Source: a virus. Taken from it: a stretch of DNA of 64,000 nucleotides. Where the stretch lies: positions 1-64,000 of the IMG/VR virus record IMGVR_UViG_3300034096_001618. One strand, written 5' to 3'. The notes under the pieces were generated by a model, which searched no databases, had not been told where the DNA came from, and was given only the letters and a program-made list of their open reading frames with translations. Both the position numbers and the translations under genes were made by a program. Shown piece after piece: positions 36,634 through 47,560 of the stretch (positions are counted from its first letter, which is position 1; every line of letters starts with the position of its first letter).

Positions 36634-37503
36634 TTACATCATTTTCATTGGCAACAAATCTCCGTAGCGGACTAAAAGATTTGCTTCCCAATCTTTTTTG
36701 TCTTGAATTCCTTCTGCGAGTATGGTTGCTCCATCTAATTGGACACCGCCACCGGGTCCGGGTGGATTGGAAATTCTACTACGAATTCTTCCCAGAATTA
36801 TTTTAGCAAAAGCTAAAGCGCCTTCTTGCATGGCTTGAGTTACTAGTTGAAAGTCTGGTTTTCTTTGTAGATAGCGAACAATAACTGGATATGTTCTATA
36901 AGGAACTGGGTATATTTTAACGTGTCTATAGCCGCCTAAAAACTCCCATCCGCCTTGTTGTCCAGAGATGCGGTTATACATATCTTCATATTGTTTATAG
37001 AGAACCCAATCGCTCATTTTTCCCCAGACAGGTTGTTGTGGGTTGATGCCACCTGCGATTGATCCATAAGCTCCTGCTCCCATGTATTCTAGAGGAATTA
37101 CACCGCCAAGGTCAGATGCTGAGAATGCATAATTTGCAGTTTCTTTATAAGAAATTTGACGAATAAATCCCACATCAGGAGGAAGTTCATATACACTTTG
37201 GCCGGGAGAAGTAACAAATGAATAATATTGAAAATACTCAGACGGAGCATAATCTTCAAATATCTGCAAAGCAAAATCTATGCAGTTATCTAATTGCTGG
37301 TCATCTAGTTCAAGTGGGAGAACAGGCGCACCAAGCATTGTCAGAACATAATCTTTAATTTGTTCACGAACTTTTTCACGATTTTTGCGTGGTCCGATAG
37401 TAATTAATGGGTCTGTTGGCCCTAAATTATTACATCCAGATCCACAAGAAAGTTGATTATATTGATCTTTTGTTGGCCTCGGAATGTAAAGAGTATTATT
37501 CAT
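36634..37503 (-). CDS. neck protein (T4 gp13-like)
   Basis: LGAPV...ELDD.Q....ID.AL; A.AK..LG..R; PGG.V.LDG..I. Confidence 0.85.
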   Translation of the reverse strand: MNNTLYIPRPTKDQYNQLSCGSGCNNLGPTDPLITIGPRKNREKVREQIKDYVLTMLGAPVLPLELDDQQLDNCIDFALQIFEDYAPSEYFQYYSFVTSPGQSVYELPPDVGFIRQISYKETANYAFSASDLGGVIPLEYMGAGAYGSIAGGINPQQPVWGKMSDWVLYKQYEDMYNRISGQQGGWEFLGGYRHVKIYPVPYRTYPVIVRYLQRKPDFQLVTQAMQEGALAFAKIILGRIRSRISNPPGPGGGVQLDGATILAEGIQDKKDWEANLLVRYGDLLPMKMM

Positions 37504-37598
37504 GTGCCGCCCTGCTTAAAAAATGATTAGTATTATTGTTATATATTGTAAATGATAGTGTATTTATTTTTTCACTGTATTAATAAAAAGAGGAATAA

Positions 37599-40520
37599 AT
37601 GTCGAAGTCTTTTAGAGAATACTTTATTCGTAAAATTAAAAAAGAAAATCTTAGTAGATTTTTTGGTTTTCGCATTGATGAAATGGCCAAAGAACAGCAA
37701 CGTGTAAGAAAGTCTGTTCAGTTCGACAAAGATGATATTGAATTTTTGTATCAATTTCCTCATAATTTATGGTCACAAGCCATGAATAAACGCTATGATT
37801 TACTTTTTGATGAAATTGAAAAGCTTCACAAAATTAAAGATGTACGACAATTTCGTGACTTAATAAAAGCAATAGAGAATTATTTAAAAGACAGAACAAG
37901 AGAAAATGCTGAAGTCCTTAAAGACATTGAAGAACCATTTGGAATGAGAGATGATGAAATTGAAACATTAAGCAATAGCAATCCAATACAAGGCATTAGA
38001 GAATTAAGCGCCTATGAGTTAAGCGTTTTGGCAGAAAAAATTGCCAATGATCACTTTGATTCAAATAAAGAATCACTTGTAGATGTTATTAATGATCCTA
38101 AATCAGTGATCTTTACTTTTAAAAATGTCGAATATGTTGCTGGTTCTGATAAGAAAAAAGGTGGACATAGAAGTAAAGATACGATTGATATTAAAGCTAA
38201 TCCTTATTTGCTTCGTCTTTATCATAAATTAGAAAAAACTGAAGGTGAAAAGCATAATTTTCCTGAATTTTCTGGTCAGGTAGGCAAATATGGTATTGAA
38301 CTAAGAGATCCTGTCAGAAATTTAACTGGCAGTGGCCCTCATTTGACTAGAAACACACAATTCCCAACAGAAAAAAACATTAGAATTTCCATAAAAAGAT
38401 TTATGGAATTAAATGGTCATAGAATGTTTGGAAATTTCGATCCTACAGATTCGACCATAAGATGGATGAATTCAGGTTATAAAGACACTAGAACACGAGC
38501 TTTTGCTGTTAAAGAATACAAAGACAATGCAAAAGTTAATTTGTATTTACGAAGAGCACTTGAATTGGCTCCAGATGTCGATTTGAGTGAAGAAGAAGTA
38601 ACTAGTGCCTTTCAAAATGCCAATGCTTTGTCTGTTGTTAGAATATTTAACAATCTTTTCGGAAAAGATCCATTGCATAGTGCTCGTGATGTGACATCAG
38701 ACGCAATAGAAACAGAAGCAATTCGTAATCTTGTGGATGATGTGCGTAGCGGTAGGCTTGATCTTCGTGGACCACCTTCTCCAAGTCATCCTGATGGCAT
38801 TCCTGTTAAAATTCGACGTATTACTGTAAAAGGGGTAACTCGTGAAGACATTGATAATCCACCTCTTTTTCTGCCATTCAAGAAAAAAATTGTAAATGTA
38901 AATGGAGTTGATCAAGAGAAATGGATTCCTTTAGTTAATCCTGCTCATTTTTACAGAAAACTCAAAGATGGAGAAAGTGCGCCAGAAGAAATGCTTCGTG
39001 GTCATAATAAAAAATTTGTCAAATCTGATGTTTATGACCCAAGTGGGAAGTCAGTTTATAGCGATGGTGGTATTTTCTTTAATCGTAACACACCCGCACA
39101 AAGAAGACTCATTAAGGGAAGACAAGAATATACGGATGCTTATCAAAAAATAATTGAAAACCAAAGACTTGTTGGATATTCTATCGAAAAAGGCAAAGCA
39201 GTCATAAACGATGATTCTAGCCATAATATGAGAGAAGATATTTTGAGGGGTGTTTTACGTTGTGTTAATAGTCCTGACTGTGGCGGAAAAACAGATCACG
39301 AAATAGCAATAATGTTACGTCATATTCCTCTGATTTATAAATTTTGTTTTAATCTTATTTTAAACAATCTAGATAATAAATTACTTGAGAACCCAAAAAA
39401 TATTGAGAGAGAATCCTTTAAGAATGCAAGTTTACTTTCTCAAAAAAACTGGGATCAAGGGGCTGGAACCAGAAGAACAAGAGCATTTACAGATGAAACA
39501 AGGGCAGCAAGACAACAGCAGCCACTAAGACAGACTAGAACTCAAAACACAGGCACTAATACACATTTTCCTTATACTACGGATAATCTTTTGGCATTCA
39601 CCGATAGATTAAATCAAATAGAAAATAATGCAATAGAAGCAACAAGAAAAAAACAGCAAGCAAACATGAGGCGTAGTGAGACAGAATTAACAAAAGGAGA
39701 AATTTCCAATTTATTTGGAGATTTGATAAGAAGCGAATCTATGGTTTATGAAGATCTCATTATGATGTTAGCAACAATAATTAGAACTAAAAATAGAAAA
39801 GAAAAAGAAGCAAGAGAAAATGCTGAATCTATTGTAAGAAATTGGTTAGATCAAAATCTAAGCATGACTGAAATGGTTTCTGCTTTTAAGAATTTAGAAA
39901 TAGTTAAAAACTTTATGAATGCTTCAAAAGTTGCCACACCAGAAGCCACACCTATTTCAAAAAGACCAAATTTGATTATTCAAAATAAAATCGATGCGGC
40001 ATTGGCAGAACTTGATAAAGATGCTGGTCCTGAAGGCAATATGAAAAATCCAAAAATTATGGGTAAATTTACTTCAAGGTCAACAGGAGAATATAGTCCT
40101 TATGTTTCGACAATAAAATCAGATCTTGAGACAGATCCAGTTTTTTCCAATGATCCAGAAAATTTAACGATTGTATTGAATCAAGTTCAAGATGCCTTAA
40201 ATAAGAAAATAGGCATTTCAGCAACTGGTGCTGCTCCTACGGCTCCTCCTACTGCTCCTGTAACTGGTACTTCTTCTTCTCCAGATAAAATTGAAATAAT
40301 ACCAAATGCTGATTGGCGTAGTTTATTTTCTGATGTAAATCCAAAAAATTACTATAATATTGTGTTCTCCAATAATTTTAAAACTGGGGCAACAAACAAT
40401 ATTATTTTAAATGTAAAATCTAGAATTCAAAAAATGCGCCCAGAATTTAACGAAGAACAATATAAAAAAATGATGGATGAAATTTCTAAAATTCAAGAAG
40501 AAAGAAGAAAAGAGGAATAG
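37599..40520 (+). CDS. large CTS-bearing internal virion protein
   Basis: MSKSFREYF; IDE site; 973 aa, no recognisable domain. Confidence 0.7.
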   Translation: MSKSFREYFIRKIKKENLSRFFGFRIDEMAKEQQRVRKSVQFDKDDIEFLYQFPHNLWSQAMNKRYDLLFDEIEKLHKIKDVRQFRDLIKAIENYLKDRTRENAEVLKDIEEPFGMRDDEIETLSNSNPIQGIRELSAYELSVLAEKIANDHFDSNKESLVDVINDPKSVIFTFKNVEYVAGSDKKKGGHRSKDTIDIKANPYLLRLYHKLEKTEGEKHNFPEFSGQVGKYGIELRDPVRNLTGSGPHLTRNTQFPTEKNIRISIKRFMELNGHRMFGNFDPTDSTIRWMNSGYKDTRTRAFAVKEYKDNAKVNLYLRRALELAPDVDLSEEEVTSAFQNANALSVVRIFNNLFGKDPLHSARDVTSDAIETEAIRNLVDDVRSGRLDLRGPPSPSHPDGIPVKIRRITVKGVTREDIDNPPLFLPFKKKIVNVNGVDQEKWIPLVNPAHFYRKLKDGESAPEEMLRGHNKKFVKSDVYDPSGKSVYSDGGIFFNRNTPAQRRLIKGRQEYTDAYQKIIENQRLVGYSIEKGKAVINDDSSHNMREDILRGVLRCVNSPDCGGKTDHEIAIMLRHIPLIYKFCFNLILNNLDNKLLENPKNIERESFKNASLLSQKNWDQGAGTRRTRAFTDETRAARQQQPLRQTRTQNTGTNTHFPYTTDNLLAFTDRLNQIENNAIEATRKKQQANMRRSETELTKGEISNLFGDLIRSESMVYEDLIMMLATIIRTKNRKEKEARENAESIVRNWLDQNLSMTEMVSAFKNLEIVKNFMNASKVATPEATPISKRPNLIIQNKIDAALAELDKDAGPEGNMKNPKIMGKFTSRSTGEYSPYVSTIKSDLETDPVFSNDPENLTIVLNQVQDALNKKIGISATGAAPTAPPTAPVTGTSSSPDKIEIIPNADWRSLFSDVNPKNYYNIVFSNNFKTGATNNIILNVKSRIQKMRPEFNEEQYKKMMDEISKIQEERRKEE

Positions 40521-40521
40521 A

Positions 40522-40800
40522 ATGTCAAGTTGGATGGATATGTTGGTTAATCCAAAAAATAATCATATTAAAAAAGCAATGTTTCAAGTTCTCAAAGAGA
40601 GATATGCTGAAAATGAAAATATAATTGAAAGAATTGGAGCATCTCTCGTTACGGATGGAGATTCCAAGGCATTTTTCAAATTAGTTGCCGATCTTTATGA
40701 GATGGGTTATTTAAAATCAGTTAATGATCATCGTGAGCAACTTGTTAAATTAGGTTTCATTGCTACTGTTGTTCCTGAAAATAAATCAAACATCGAATGA
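40522..40800 (+). CDS. hypothetical protein
   Basis: ATG 40522 with SD gagga. Confidence 0.7.
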   Translation: MSSWMDMLVNPKNNHIKKAMFQVLKERYAENENIIERIGASLVTDGDSKAFFKLVADLYEMGYLKSVNDHREQLVKLGFIATVVPENKSNIE

Positions 40801-41385
40801 TGGTTGGAAATCTGAGGTAATTGAGTATAAAATCCAACCATTGGCTTTTTTTTCTTTATTTTTAATTCTCCACCATCTTTTAGTATTAATTTTGGGGAAA
40901 ATAACTGATCCAATTGTAATTGTGTCTGTGTCCGTCCATATTTCGCAAGATAGATCATCTTGTTTTAACATAACAGCTTCAAAGCTTGTAGGTGACCCAT
41001 ATTGAATAGTTTGATAGCTATCTCCATACAAATCATCGGTTTTTATTTTGATCGTTGCTGGCAAGCAATGAACGAATATTTTGTTTATTTCTGACTTTTT
41101 CTCTTCTTCTTTTTTTGTATCAGTTTGAACTACAGTTTTTTGTTCAAATATGTTTTCTGTTATTTTTTCTAATTCTGGTTTTGTTTGCTTTAATTCTTCT
41201 ATGAAGCTACTTTCCACTTGATTTTCTTCGATTGCATTTGAATCATTTTCATCAACAAATACTTCAACTTTCCATTTCATGTTATGGAGTAAATATTTTT
41301 CATTTGCCCACAAACTTTGGTGCTTCATAATTGGGTTTGGTTTTGCGAGAGTGTATGTACTCCCGTCCTTGTTTTTAAGAGCCAT
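40786..41385 (-). CDS. hypothetical protein (N-terminus similar to the gp14-like gene, MAL.N.DG..Y.L)
   Basis: MALKNKDGSTYTL versus MALSNLDGTPYQL. Confidence 0.65.
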   Translation of the reverse strand: MALKNKDGSTYTLAKPNPIMKHQSLWANEKYLLHNMKWKVEVFVDENDSNAIEENQVESSFIEELKQTKPELEKITENIFEQKTVVQTDTKKEEEKKSEINKIFVHCLPATIKIKTDDLYGDSYQTIQYGSPTSFEAVMLKQDDLSCEIWTDTDTITIGSVIFPKINTKRWWRIKNKEKKANGWILYSITSDFQPSFDV

Positions 41386-41460
41386 AAATTATAGTAGTGA
41401 AAAAACAATTCTATTTTTAAGAAATTACTCTATATACATCGGACGCAAAATGAGGTTTTT

Positions 41461-41889
41461 ATGGCTTTAGTAGTTCCGAATAATAGTGATGTGTTGATGT
41501 TGAAATATATTGTCAACCAACTTGCTCAGGATGGTGGTTCTGGCCCCGCTGGGGGAGAACGTATTTTGCGTTTATATACCAATAATTTAGTCCCGTCAAA
41601 AACAACAATCATATCTAATATAACTGAAACGACCATTTCTGGTTACACAGCAATTACACTTGCTGGTACTAGCTGGACAGTTTCCACTTCAACAGCGGGA
41701 ACTAATTCAGCCGTTTATAGCGAGCAGACTTTCAACTTCTCTACAGCAGTTACAATTTATGGTTACTATGTTACTACAACAGAAATGTCACCTAGTTTAT
41801 TGTGGGTGGAAAGATTTTCCTCGGCTCCGTTCATTTTACCCTCCGGTGGTGGCGAGATCGCAATAATCCCACGACTTACTCTTGATTAA
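41461..41889 (+). CDS. tail-fibre/baseplate-associated structural protein
   Basis: LRLYTNN..P, GY.AITL, Y.EQTF, IYGYYV, ERF..AP. Confidence 0.65.
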   Translation: MALVVPNNSDVLMLKYIVNQLAQDGGSGPAGGERILRLYTNNLVPSKTTIISNITETTISGYTAITLAGTSWTVSTSTAGTNSAVYSEQTFNFSTAVTIYGYYVTTTEMSPSLLWVERFSSAPFILPSGGGEIAIIPRLTLD

Positions 41890-41909
41890 AAATTTATAAA
41901 TTAATTTAA

Positions 41910-41948
41910 TGGGCTTCGATTTGCAATGAATCGAAGCCTATTTTTTTA
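41910..41948 (+). terminator. intrinsic terminator
   Basis: ggcttcgatt/aatcgaagcc plus T-tract. Confidence 0.85.
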
Positions 41949-42004
41949 AAAATATAATTTAAAAATAAAACTTATTTAGTAAATAAATATTAGAGGTAAT
42001 AAAA

Positions 42005-44908
42005 ATGGTTGTTCTAAGTTTTAAGAATTTTTTTGAATATTCAAATAAAAAAAATCACGAATTAAATGTCGTAAGATTCATGGAATCAATCTTAGGTTCA
42101 GATTCAAAAGAATTTAAAAAGATATTAAGCAAGGAAGCATTTGAAGACTTAAGAAGAAAATTTGGACCAAATTTTTTAACTCATATTAGAAAAATGCAAA
42201 AAGAATTCGGCGACAAAGACTGGCGAGATACAATTAAAAGGCTATATTTCGACAATAAAGACTGGCGAGATACAATTAAAAAGCTATATTCTCCAAAAAA
42301 AGTTGGCATAAGAACTCCATATTTAACACCATCAGAAAAAGATAGTTCTATGAAATCACAATGGCAATATGGCCATGATGATGATGATACACTTATGCCA
42401 AAATATGTTGGCCCATTCAGTGCAGATAAGGGCAAAGATAGTGCAGATGAAGACGAAATTGAAAATGAAATTGAAGATGAAATTGAAGATGAAATTGAAG
42501 ATGAAATTGAAGATGAAGATGAAACACCATCATCTCAATCTAAAGAGGAATCTCCAGAAGACACTCGTGGTTTTGCTGGACAAATAGGTGGAATGAATTC
42601 TGTTGACAGAGCAACTATTGCTAGAATGAAAAAATATTTTAATGATGACTTTGGAATTACCAGTGATCATATTGATATAGTTGACGAAATTATTACAACC
42701 ATCAAAAGCGTTAGAAAAAACAATGGCCTTCAGCAAAAAATTCCTTTAGATGAGCTTTTTGTTGACACTTTATATAAAATGCATGTTGTTGGTAATGGAG
42801 CTTTCAATAAAGAAAGTGATTATTACAAAAGAATCATTAGCCTACGAGGAACTGATGGTAAAATTTCTTCTGATAACATGAAAGAAGTAAAATATATTGT
42901 CAAATCATCCGCTGAAAGTGCTGCTATAGATTCAATAAGAGATAACAAAAGAGCCACTGGAAAAGCAGTTTCTGGCGACCAAAAAAAAGGCGAAGACGAA
43001 GGAGAGCTAAGCATATTTGACTTAGAAGGCAAGAAAAGAGATTACAGCAAGGCTAGAAAATCAGATCTTGTCGGAGCAAAAGACCGACTTGGACCAGTAG
43101 AGCCTAATATAGATTTGTATAGCCTTGTATCACAATACTTAAGAACTAAAAATGATAATGATCTCAAAAATGCTAGAATCCATTTAAGACAAGAAATACA
43201 AAACGCAAGAAGAAATGGTAAAAGATTAGCAAATGAAGAAAGTTGGGTAGAAATTATTAATCAATTAATTTCTATGAAATTTTCTTTACTTGTAAAAAAA
43301 TATATAGAAAAAAGTCCCAAACAATATAAAGATTTTTTAAATCTTGAATCAGAATTTAAAAAAGAACATGAAGAAATTTATATCGGGGGGCCAGCAGCTG
43401 CACCAGAAAAAATTGGCAAGATACTTTCCAAAATAGATAAAGGTGCCATTTTAAAGCCAAAAGAAGAACATGGATATCTACGAAACAAAAAACAATGGGA
43501 AAGTATTATAAATACATTACCAATGAAAGACGAGGAAGACAAAGAAAAAGTCAAAGAAATTCTTGATAAATTGTCTCCTCAAAGCGAACAAGATATTGAA
43601 AAATCTTTAAAAGATATTTCTCTGTTAAGACCAATTTCGTATATGAGCAATAAAGAATCAAAAATTACAAAAGAATTTATTGATAAAGTTGTTAATGAGT
43701 TAGAAATAGAAGCTGAAGCTACAACAAAGAAGGTTCCAAAAACAGCACTTTTAAGAGCAGCAGAAATAGCTAGTTTGGTATTAGACACAAACACTAAATA
43801 TAATGCGGAAAAAATTGTTCAACATTTCAAAAAACAAGGCGAAGGAAAATACGCCAGTAGAGAACCTGTGGACATAACTCCTCTTACTGCCAATAATTAC
43901 ATAAAAAAGATTTATGATATAGTTGAAGAAACGCCATTTGAAATTCGTTCTGGATTTCCACCACCAAATTATGCGGGACGTGAAGGACAAGGTCGTAGAA
44001 CTAAAAAGACTGATCCTGTATACCCCAACGCTCCATTTGAGTTGTCACTTAAAAATTATATCAAAAAACGAAAAGATATGGCGCAATCAGACAGTGAATA
44101 TGTAAAAAATGAAATAAAAAATACTATTGATAAAATCAAAAAACTTGAAGCAGAAGACGAAGCTTTAGTTAAAGCAAATGGAAAAAGAAAGTATGTTGTT
44201 TCAGATGGTAAAAATAGTACAGAAGTGACAATATCAGATGCAGAGGGATATCTTGGCGATCTAAGTCAATATACTTTACTGGAGCCTCTTAGAAGTCTAA
44301 AACTAAGACTTTTCAATCTACAAAGGCATCCTTCAGTTTCTATAGACGATGATGATTTTTTCAATTCTCGTCATGCAGCGGCAATTGCTCCAGAAACTTC
44401 ACCTGAAGAACTAAAAAAAATCTATCCAGTTCGTGAGCCACAAACTAGAACTAACATTCCTTTAGGTGATATTAAACAAAGAAATGAACCTATAAAAGCG
44501 CCAACAGATTATTCATCAATTCACCCAATTTATAGACAAAGACCTGATCAGGCCTCTTTACGAAAGGCCGCAATGAATAAATATCTTTCTGGAGACGTGG
44601 ACATTGATAAATATCTTTCTGGAGATGTGGGTACTCCTCCTCCTTCTTCAGGTCGAAGAAAACTTTTCCCTCAATTAACTTTCCCGAGCAAAGATGATTT
44701 AGAAAACTTTAAAAAGAATAGAAATGTTCCACCAAAATCAGACAATTTTGACATAGGTGATGATGCTCATGTGGCACGAACATTACGGGATCTTCCTATA
44801 TTTCCGACCTCGAAGACTAAATCACCTCCTATACCAGAACAATTTACAAGTCAAAGATTGCGAGGTTGGATTAGTTTGTCTGAGCATTTAAGCAGGATAT
44901 ATCGTTAA
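42005..44908 (+). CDS. large CTS-bearing internal virion protein
   Basis: LSFKNFFE N-terminus; highly charged; EIED repeats. Confidence 0.7.
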   Translation: MVVLSFKNFFEYSNKKNHELNVVRFMESILGSDSKEFKKILSKEAFEDLRRKFGPNFLTHIRKMQKEFGDKDWRDTIKRLYFDNKDWRDTIKKLYSPKKVGIRTPYLTPSEKDSSMKSQWQYGHDDDDTLMPKYVGPFSADKGKDSADEDEIENEIEDEIEDEIEDEIEDEDETPSSQSKEESPEDTRGFAGQIGGMNSVDRATIARMKKYFNDDFGITSDHIDIVDEIITTIKSVRKNNGLQQKIPLDELFVDTLYKMHVVGNGAFNKESDYYKRIISLRGTDGKISSDNMKEVKYIVKSSAESAAIDSIRDNKRATGKAVSGDQKKGEDEGELSIFDLEGKKRDYSKARKSDLVGAKDRLGPVEPNIDLYSLVSQYLRTKNDNDLKNARIHLRQEIQNARRNGKRLANEESWVEIINQLISMKFSLLVKKYIEKSPKQYKDFLNLESEFKKEHEEIYIGGPAAAPEKIGKILSKIDKGAILKPKEEHGYLRNKKQWESIINTLPMKDEEDKEKVKEILDKLSPQSEQDIEKSLKDISLLRPISYMSNKESKITKEFIDKVVNELEIEAEATTKKVPKTALLRAAEIASLVLDTNTKYNAEKIVQHFKKQGEGKYASREPVDITPLTANNYIKKIYDIVEETPFEIRSGFPPPNYAGREGQGRRTKKTDPVYPNAPFELSLKNYIKKRKDMAQSDSEYVKNEIKNTIDKIKKLEAEDEALVKANGKRKYVVSDGKNSTEVTISDAEGYLGDLSQYTLLEPLRSLKLRLFNLQRHPSVSIDDDDFFNSRHAAAIAPETSPEELKKIYPVREPQTRTNIPLGDIKQRNEPIKAPTDYSSIHPIYRQRPDQASLRKAAMNKYLSGDVDIDKYLSGDVGTPPPSSGRRKLFPQLTFPSKDDLENFKKNRNVPPKSDNFDIGDDAHVARTLRDLPIFPTSKTKSPPIPEQFTSQRLRGWISLSEHLSRIYR
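42215..42290 (+). repeat. 42-bp coding tandem duplication
   Basis: KDWRDTIK.LY occurs twice. Confidence 0.85.
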
Positions 44909-44931
44909 TTTATTGTAGGAAGGGAGGGATC

Positions 44932-45474
44932 TTGGCTTTATCTAATTTGGATGGAACTCCATATCAATTAAGAGGTAGTACTCAAATGTTCGATCCATTG
45001 GATCGAACACACGACCTTTTTAATTTGTGGGATCAGGAAGCGATCAAGAGAGGTGGATCTCCGATTTATTATTATGAAGTAATTATTACTAAAGATATGA
45101 TTGACCCAATTTATTTGGAAGCGAGAAATAAATTATTTTCAAATAATCCTGTTGAGTTGTGGTGTACTTATGAGCCTATACCTTCACAGAACTTATTGAA
45201 TCAGTTTGGAATTGATGCTCCAGATGAAATGAAGTTTGAACTTAATTATCGTGCTGTTTTGCAAAATGTAGGACATCCTCCTAAAATTGGTTCGAGATTG
45301 TTTACTCCACATCTTAGAGAAAACTGGGTTGTTATTCAAAGAAACTTAGGTGAATTCAAGATGTGGGGAGCTTTGAGATTGGAATTAATTTGTCAGAGAT
45401 TCCAAGAAGATGTTGTTACTGGAGAAGGTAAGGTTACAGAAAAACAACCTGATATTAAAATTAAAATTGTTTAA
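44932..45474 (+). CDS. head completion/neck protein (T4 gp14-like)
   Basis: E.I...G..I.Y, D.IY.E, FGID..DE..F, P..G..L..P; TTG start after ggagg. Confidence 0.72.
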   Translation: MALSNLDGTPYQLRGSTQMFDPLDRTHDLFNLWDQEAIKRGGSPIYYYEVIITKDMIDPIYLEARNKLFSNNPVELWCTYEPIPSQNLLNQFGIDAPDEMKFELNYRAVLQNVGHPPKIGSRLFTPHLRENWVVIQRNLGEFKMWGALRLELICQRFQEDVVTGEGKVTEKQPDIKIKIV

Positions 45475-45483
45475 GGAAATATT

Positions 45484-46128
45484 ATGAAGTCTTTCTATGA
45501 GTTTTATCTTCATATTCAAAGAGAAGCAGCGACAACAACAACCAGTTATTCTTCCTCTATCGTCACAGGAAATCCAACAAATAATCCAGATATGCAAAGA
45601 AAACTTGATATTATGAAAAGAATGGAAGACCCGAATTGGGACCCTAATAAGGAAGCACAAAGAAAAGCACCAGCAGCACAAGCACAAAGACAAGCACCAA
45701 CAACACCAACAGCGCCAGCAAAAACAGCACCAACGGGAATGGATGTTCAAAAAACATTATCTGCAAAAACAGATCAAGAATTTTGGAATGCATTGGGACC
45801 AAAAATGCAAAAATCGATAGTTGATTATACTAAGTCTGGTAGATCACAAGAAATAGAAAAAAAATGGACTGATAATTATAAAAATTATCCCAATGCAGTC
45901 GTAGTATTAAAGCGAATGTTTGCATCAGTAGCAAGAAAATATGCCCCAAACAATGCAACGAATGCAAATAATGCTTCCTCGCAACAAAAAGCACAACAAC
46001 AAGCAGCGCCACAACAACAAGCAGCGCCACAACAACAAGCAGTGCCACAACAAGCAACACCGACCAATCAAAGAAATTCATTCTTAAATCGAGCAGCGAA
46101 TATGATTGGATTAGGCAGAAAAAAATAA
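45484..46128 (+). CDS. CTS-bearing Q/A/P-rich protein
   Basis: MKSFYEFYLHIQREAAT. Confidence 0.75.
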   Translation: MKSFYEFYLHIQREAATTTTSYSSSIVTGNPTNNPDMQRKLDIMKRMEDPNWDPNKEAQRKAPAAQAQRQAPTTPTAPAKTAPTGMDVQKTLSAKTDQEFWNALGPKMQKSIVDYTKSGRSQEIEKKWTDNYKNYPNAVVVLKRMFASVARKYAPNNATNANNASSQQKAQQQAAPQQQAAPQQQAVPQQATPTNQRNSFLNRAANMIGLGRKK

Positions 46129-46214
46129 AAATTACATCAATAAATCATAATTATTAGATATGGTCAATAAGTATATGGTCAAAAACATTGGAATTGAATT
46201 TAAAGAGGTGATAT

Positions 46215-46550
46215 ATGAAATCTTTCTATGAGTTTTATCTTCAGATTCAAAGAGAAGCGGCAACGGCCCCTGCTGCCCCTGCTGCTGCTGGTGCTGCTCC
46301 TGCGGCTGCTCCTGCTGCTGGTGCCGCTCCTGCTGCTGGTGCTGCCCCTGCTGCTGGTGCGGCTCCTGCGGCTCCTGCTGCTGCTGGCACAGCGAAGCCT
46401 GTTCCTCCACAAGACCCGGGAGTTGCTGCTTTCATAACTGCTGTTGGCAAAAACACAAAGGTTTATCAGGATGCATTGTCCCAAATTAAAGATCCTAAGT
46501 TGAAGCCAGCGGCAGATGCGATATCTGCTCTTCTTAATCCTCCAAAATAA
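46215..46550 (+). CDS. CTS-bearing Ala/Pro-rich protein
   Basis: MKSFYEFYLQIQREAAT; APAAG repeats; SD gaggtga. Confidence 0.75.
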   Translation: MKSFYEFYLQIQREAATAPAAPAAAGAAPAAAPAAGAAPAAGAAPAAGAAPAAPAAAGTAKPVPPQDPGVAAFITAVGKNTKVYQDALSQIKDPKLKPAADAISALLNPPK

Positions 46551-46621
46551 AATTTTGTCTTTTGAATAAATTTGGCTTATGAATTTTTGAGAAGTAGCAA
46601 AGAGGAAATTTAGGCTTTTGA

Positions 46622-46677
46622 AAAGAAGTCACAGGTTCACCTGCGATATAGGGGATGAATCTTTGGCTTCTTTTTTT
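46622..46677. terminator. long imperfect hairpin terminator
   Basis: agaagtca...tggcttct plus T-tract between convergent genes. Confidence 0.55.
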
Positions 46678-46681
46678 AATT

Positions 46682-47521
46682 TTATATGATTTCATTTTTT
46701 GCCTTTTTGGGGAAAAATATTTTTTTCTTGGTTATTTTTTTACATTTTTCATAAACTTTTTGATTTGTTTTTTCTAAAAATTGTTTGACCCCATCGTTTC
46801 CTTTTCTGGTATAAATTTTATTAAGCACTTTATATTTATCATCAAAGTTATTTCCTTTGTGGTCATGCCAATTGTTTTCAACAAATTCTTTACAATTTTT
46901 GTTGATTGATTCTTCTGCATTAACTCGTGCAAAAATTTCAGAAGATGTCATTGGATTTATCTCATAAAAAACTTTTCTAGGCAAGATTAATATTTGTGCA
47001 TATGGTTCATCTTTTCTAAAGATATAAGTTTGTTCTGGCATTGGGTTTTTAAAAACAACAAAAAATATTTTTGGCCACATGCTGGTATTTATATGGCCGG
47101 GTATTACCAATGGCACAGTATAGGTGTGATCAGTGTAGTATTTTGGATGTGGTTCGATGCGAAGAATATAATTGTCTGGAACTTGAATATCGAGACATGA
47201 AGTCATTCCGAAGTGTCCCGGTGCAAAACTTGAAAAAGGTGGAAGAAGCACACTGGGAAAAGATTTATTTTCAATGGTAAAATCACCTAAAAAATTTACT
47301 TGATTGTTAATCATTTTCACATGGCACTCTGTATTAAAAGAATACAGAAGCTCTAATCCATATGTAGATCCTTCAACGAAAGGGACGCAATGCCAAGGTT
47401 GTGGAATATCGCCTTCTTTATGTTCATTTGGTTCGCCAGACCATCCCGGTATTTGCAAACGAATAGGTTTGGGAGGCTGTCCTTGATACCAAGACCTGTA
47501 TTTTACCAATATTTTTTCCAC
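46682..47521 (-). CDS. DUF6065-like (dUTPase-like beta fold) protein
   Basis: C.PF..G..YG.EL, PG.I.T..WP, F.KDEP.AQI. Confidence 0.55.
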   Translation of the reverse strand: MEKILVKYRSWYQGQPPKPIRLQIPGWSGEPNEHKEGDIPQPWHCVPFVEGSTYGLELLYSFNTECHVKMINNQVNFLGDFTIENKSFPSVLLPPFSSFAPGHFGMTSCLDIQVPDNYILRIEPHPKYYTDHTYTVPLVIPGHINTSMWPKIFFVVFKNPMPEQTYIFRKDEPYAQILILPRKVFYEINPMTSSEIFARVNAEESINKNCKEFVENNWHDHKGNNFDDKYKVLNKIYTRKGNDGVKQFLEKTNQKVYEKCKKITKKKIFFPKKAKNEII

Positions 47522-47560
47522 AATTTCACCTCGAATGAATAATTAGAACAGGAGTTAAAA

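Noticed and set aside
45830-46484. Cys-, Gln- or Ser-rich alternative ORFs (also 5495-5760)
   Set aside because: Off-frame or antisense readings of Ala/Pro repeats; no RBS or promoter support
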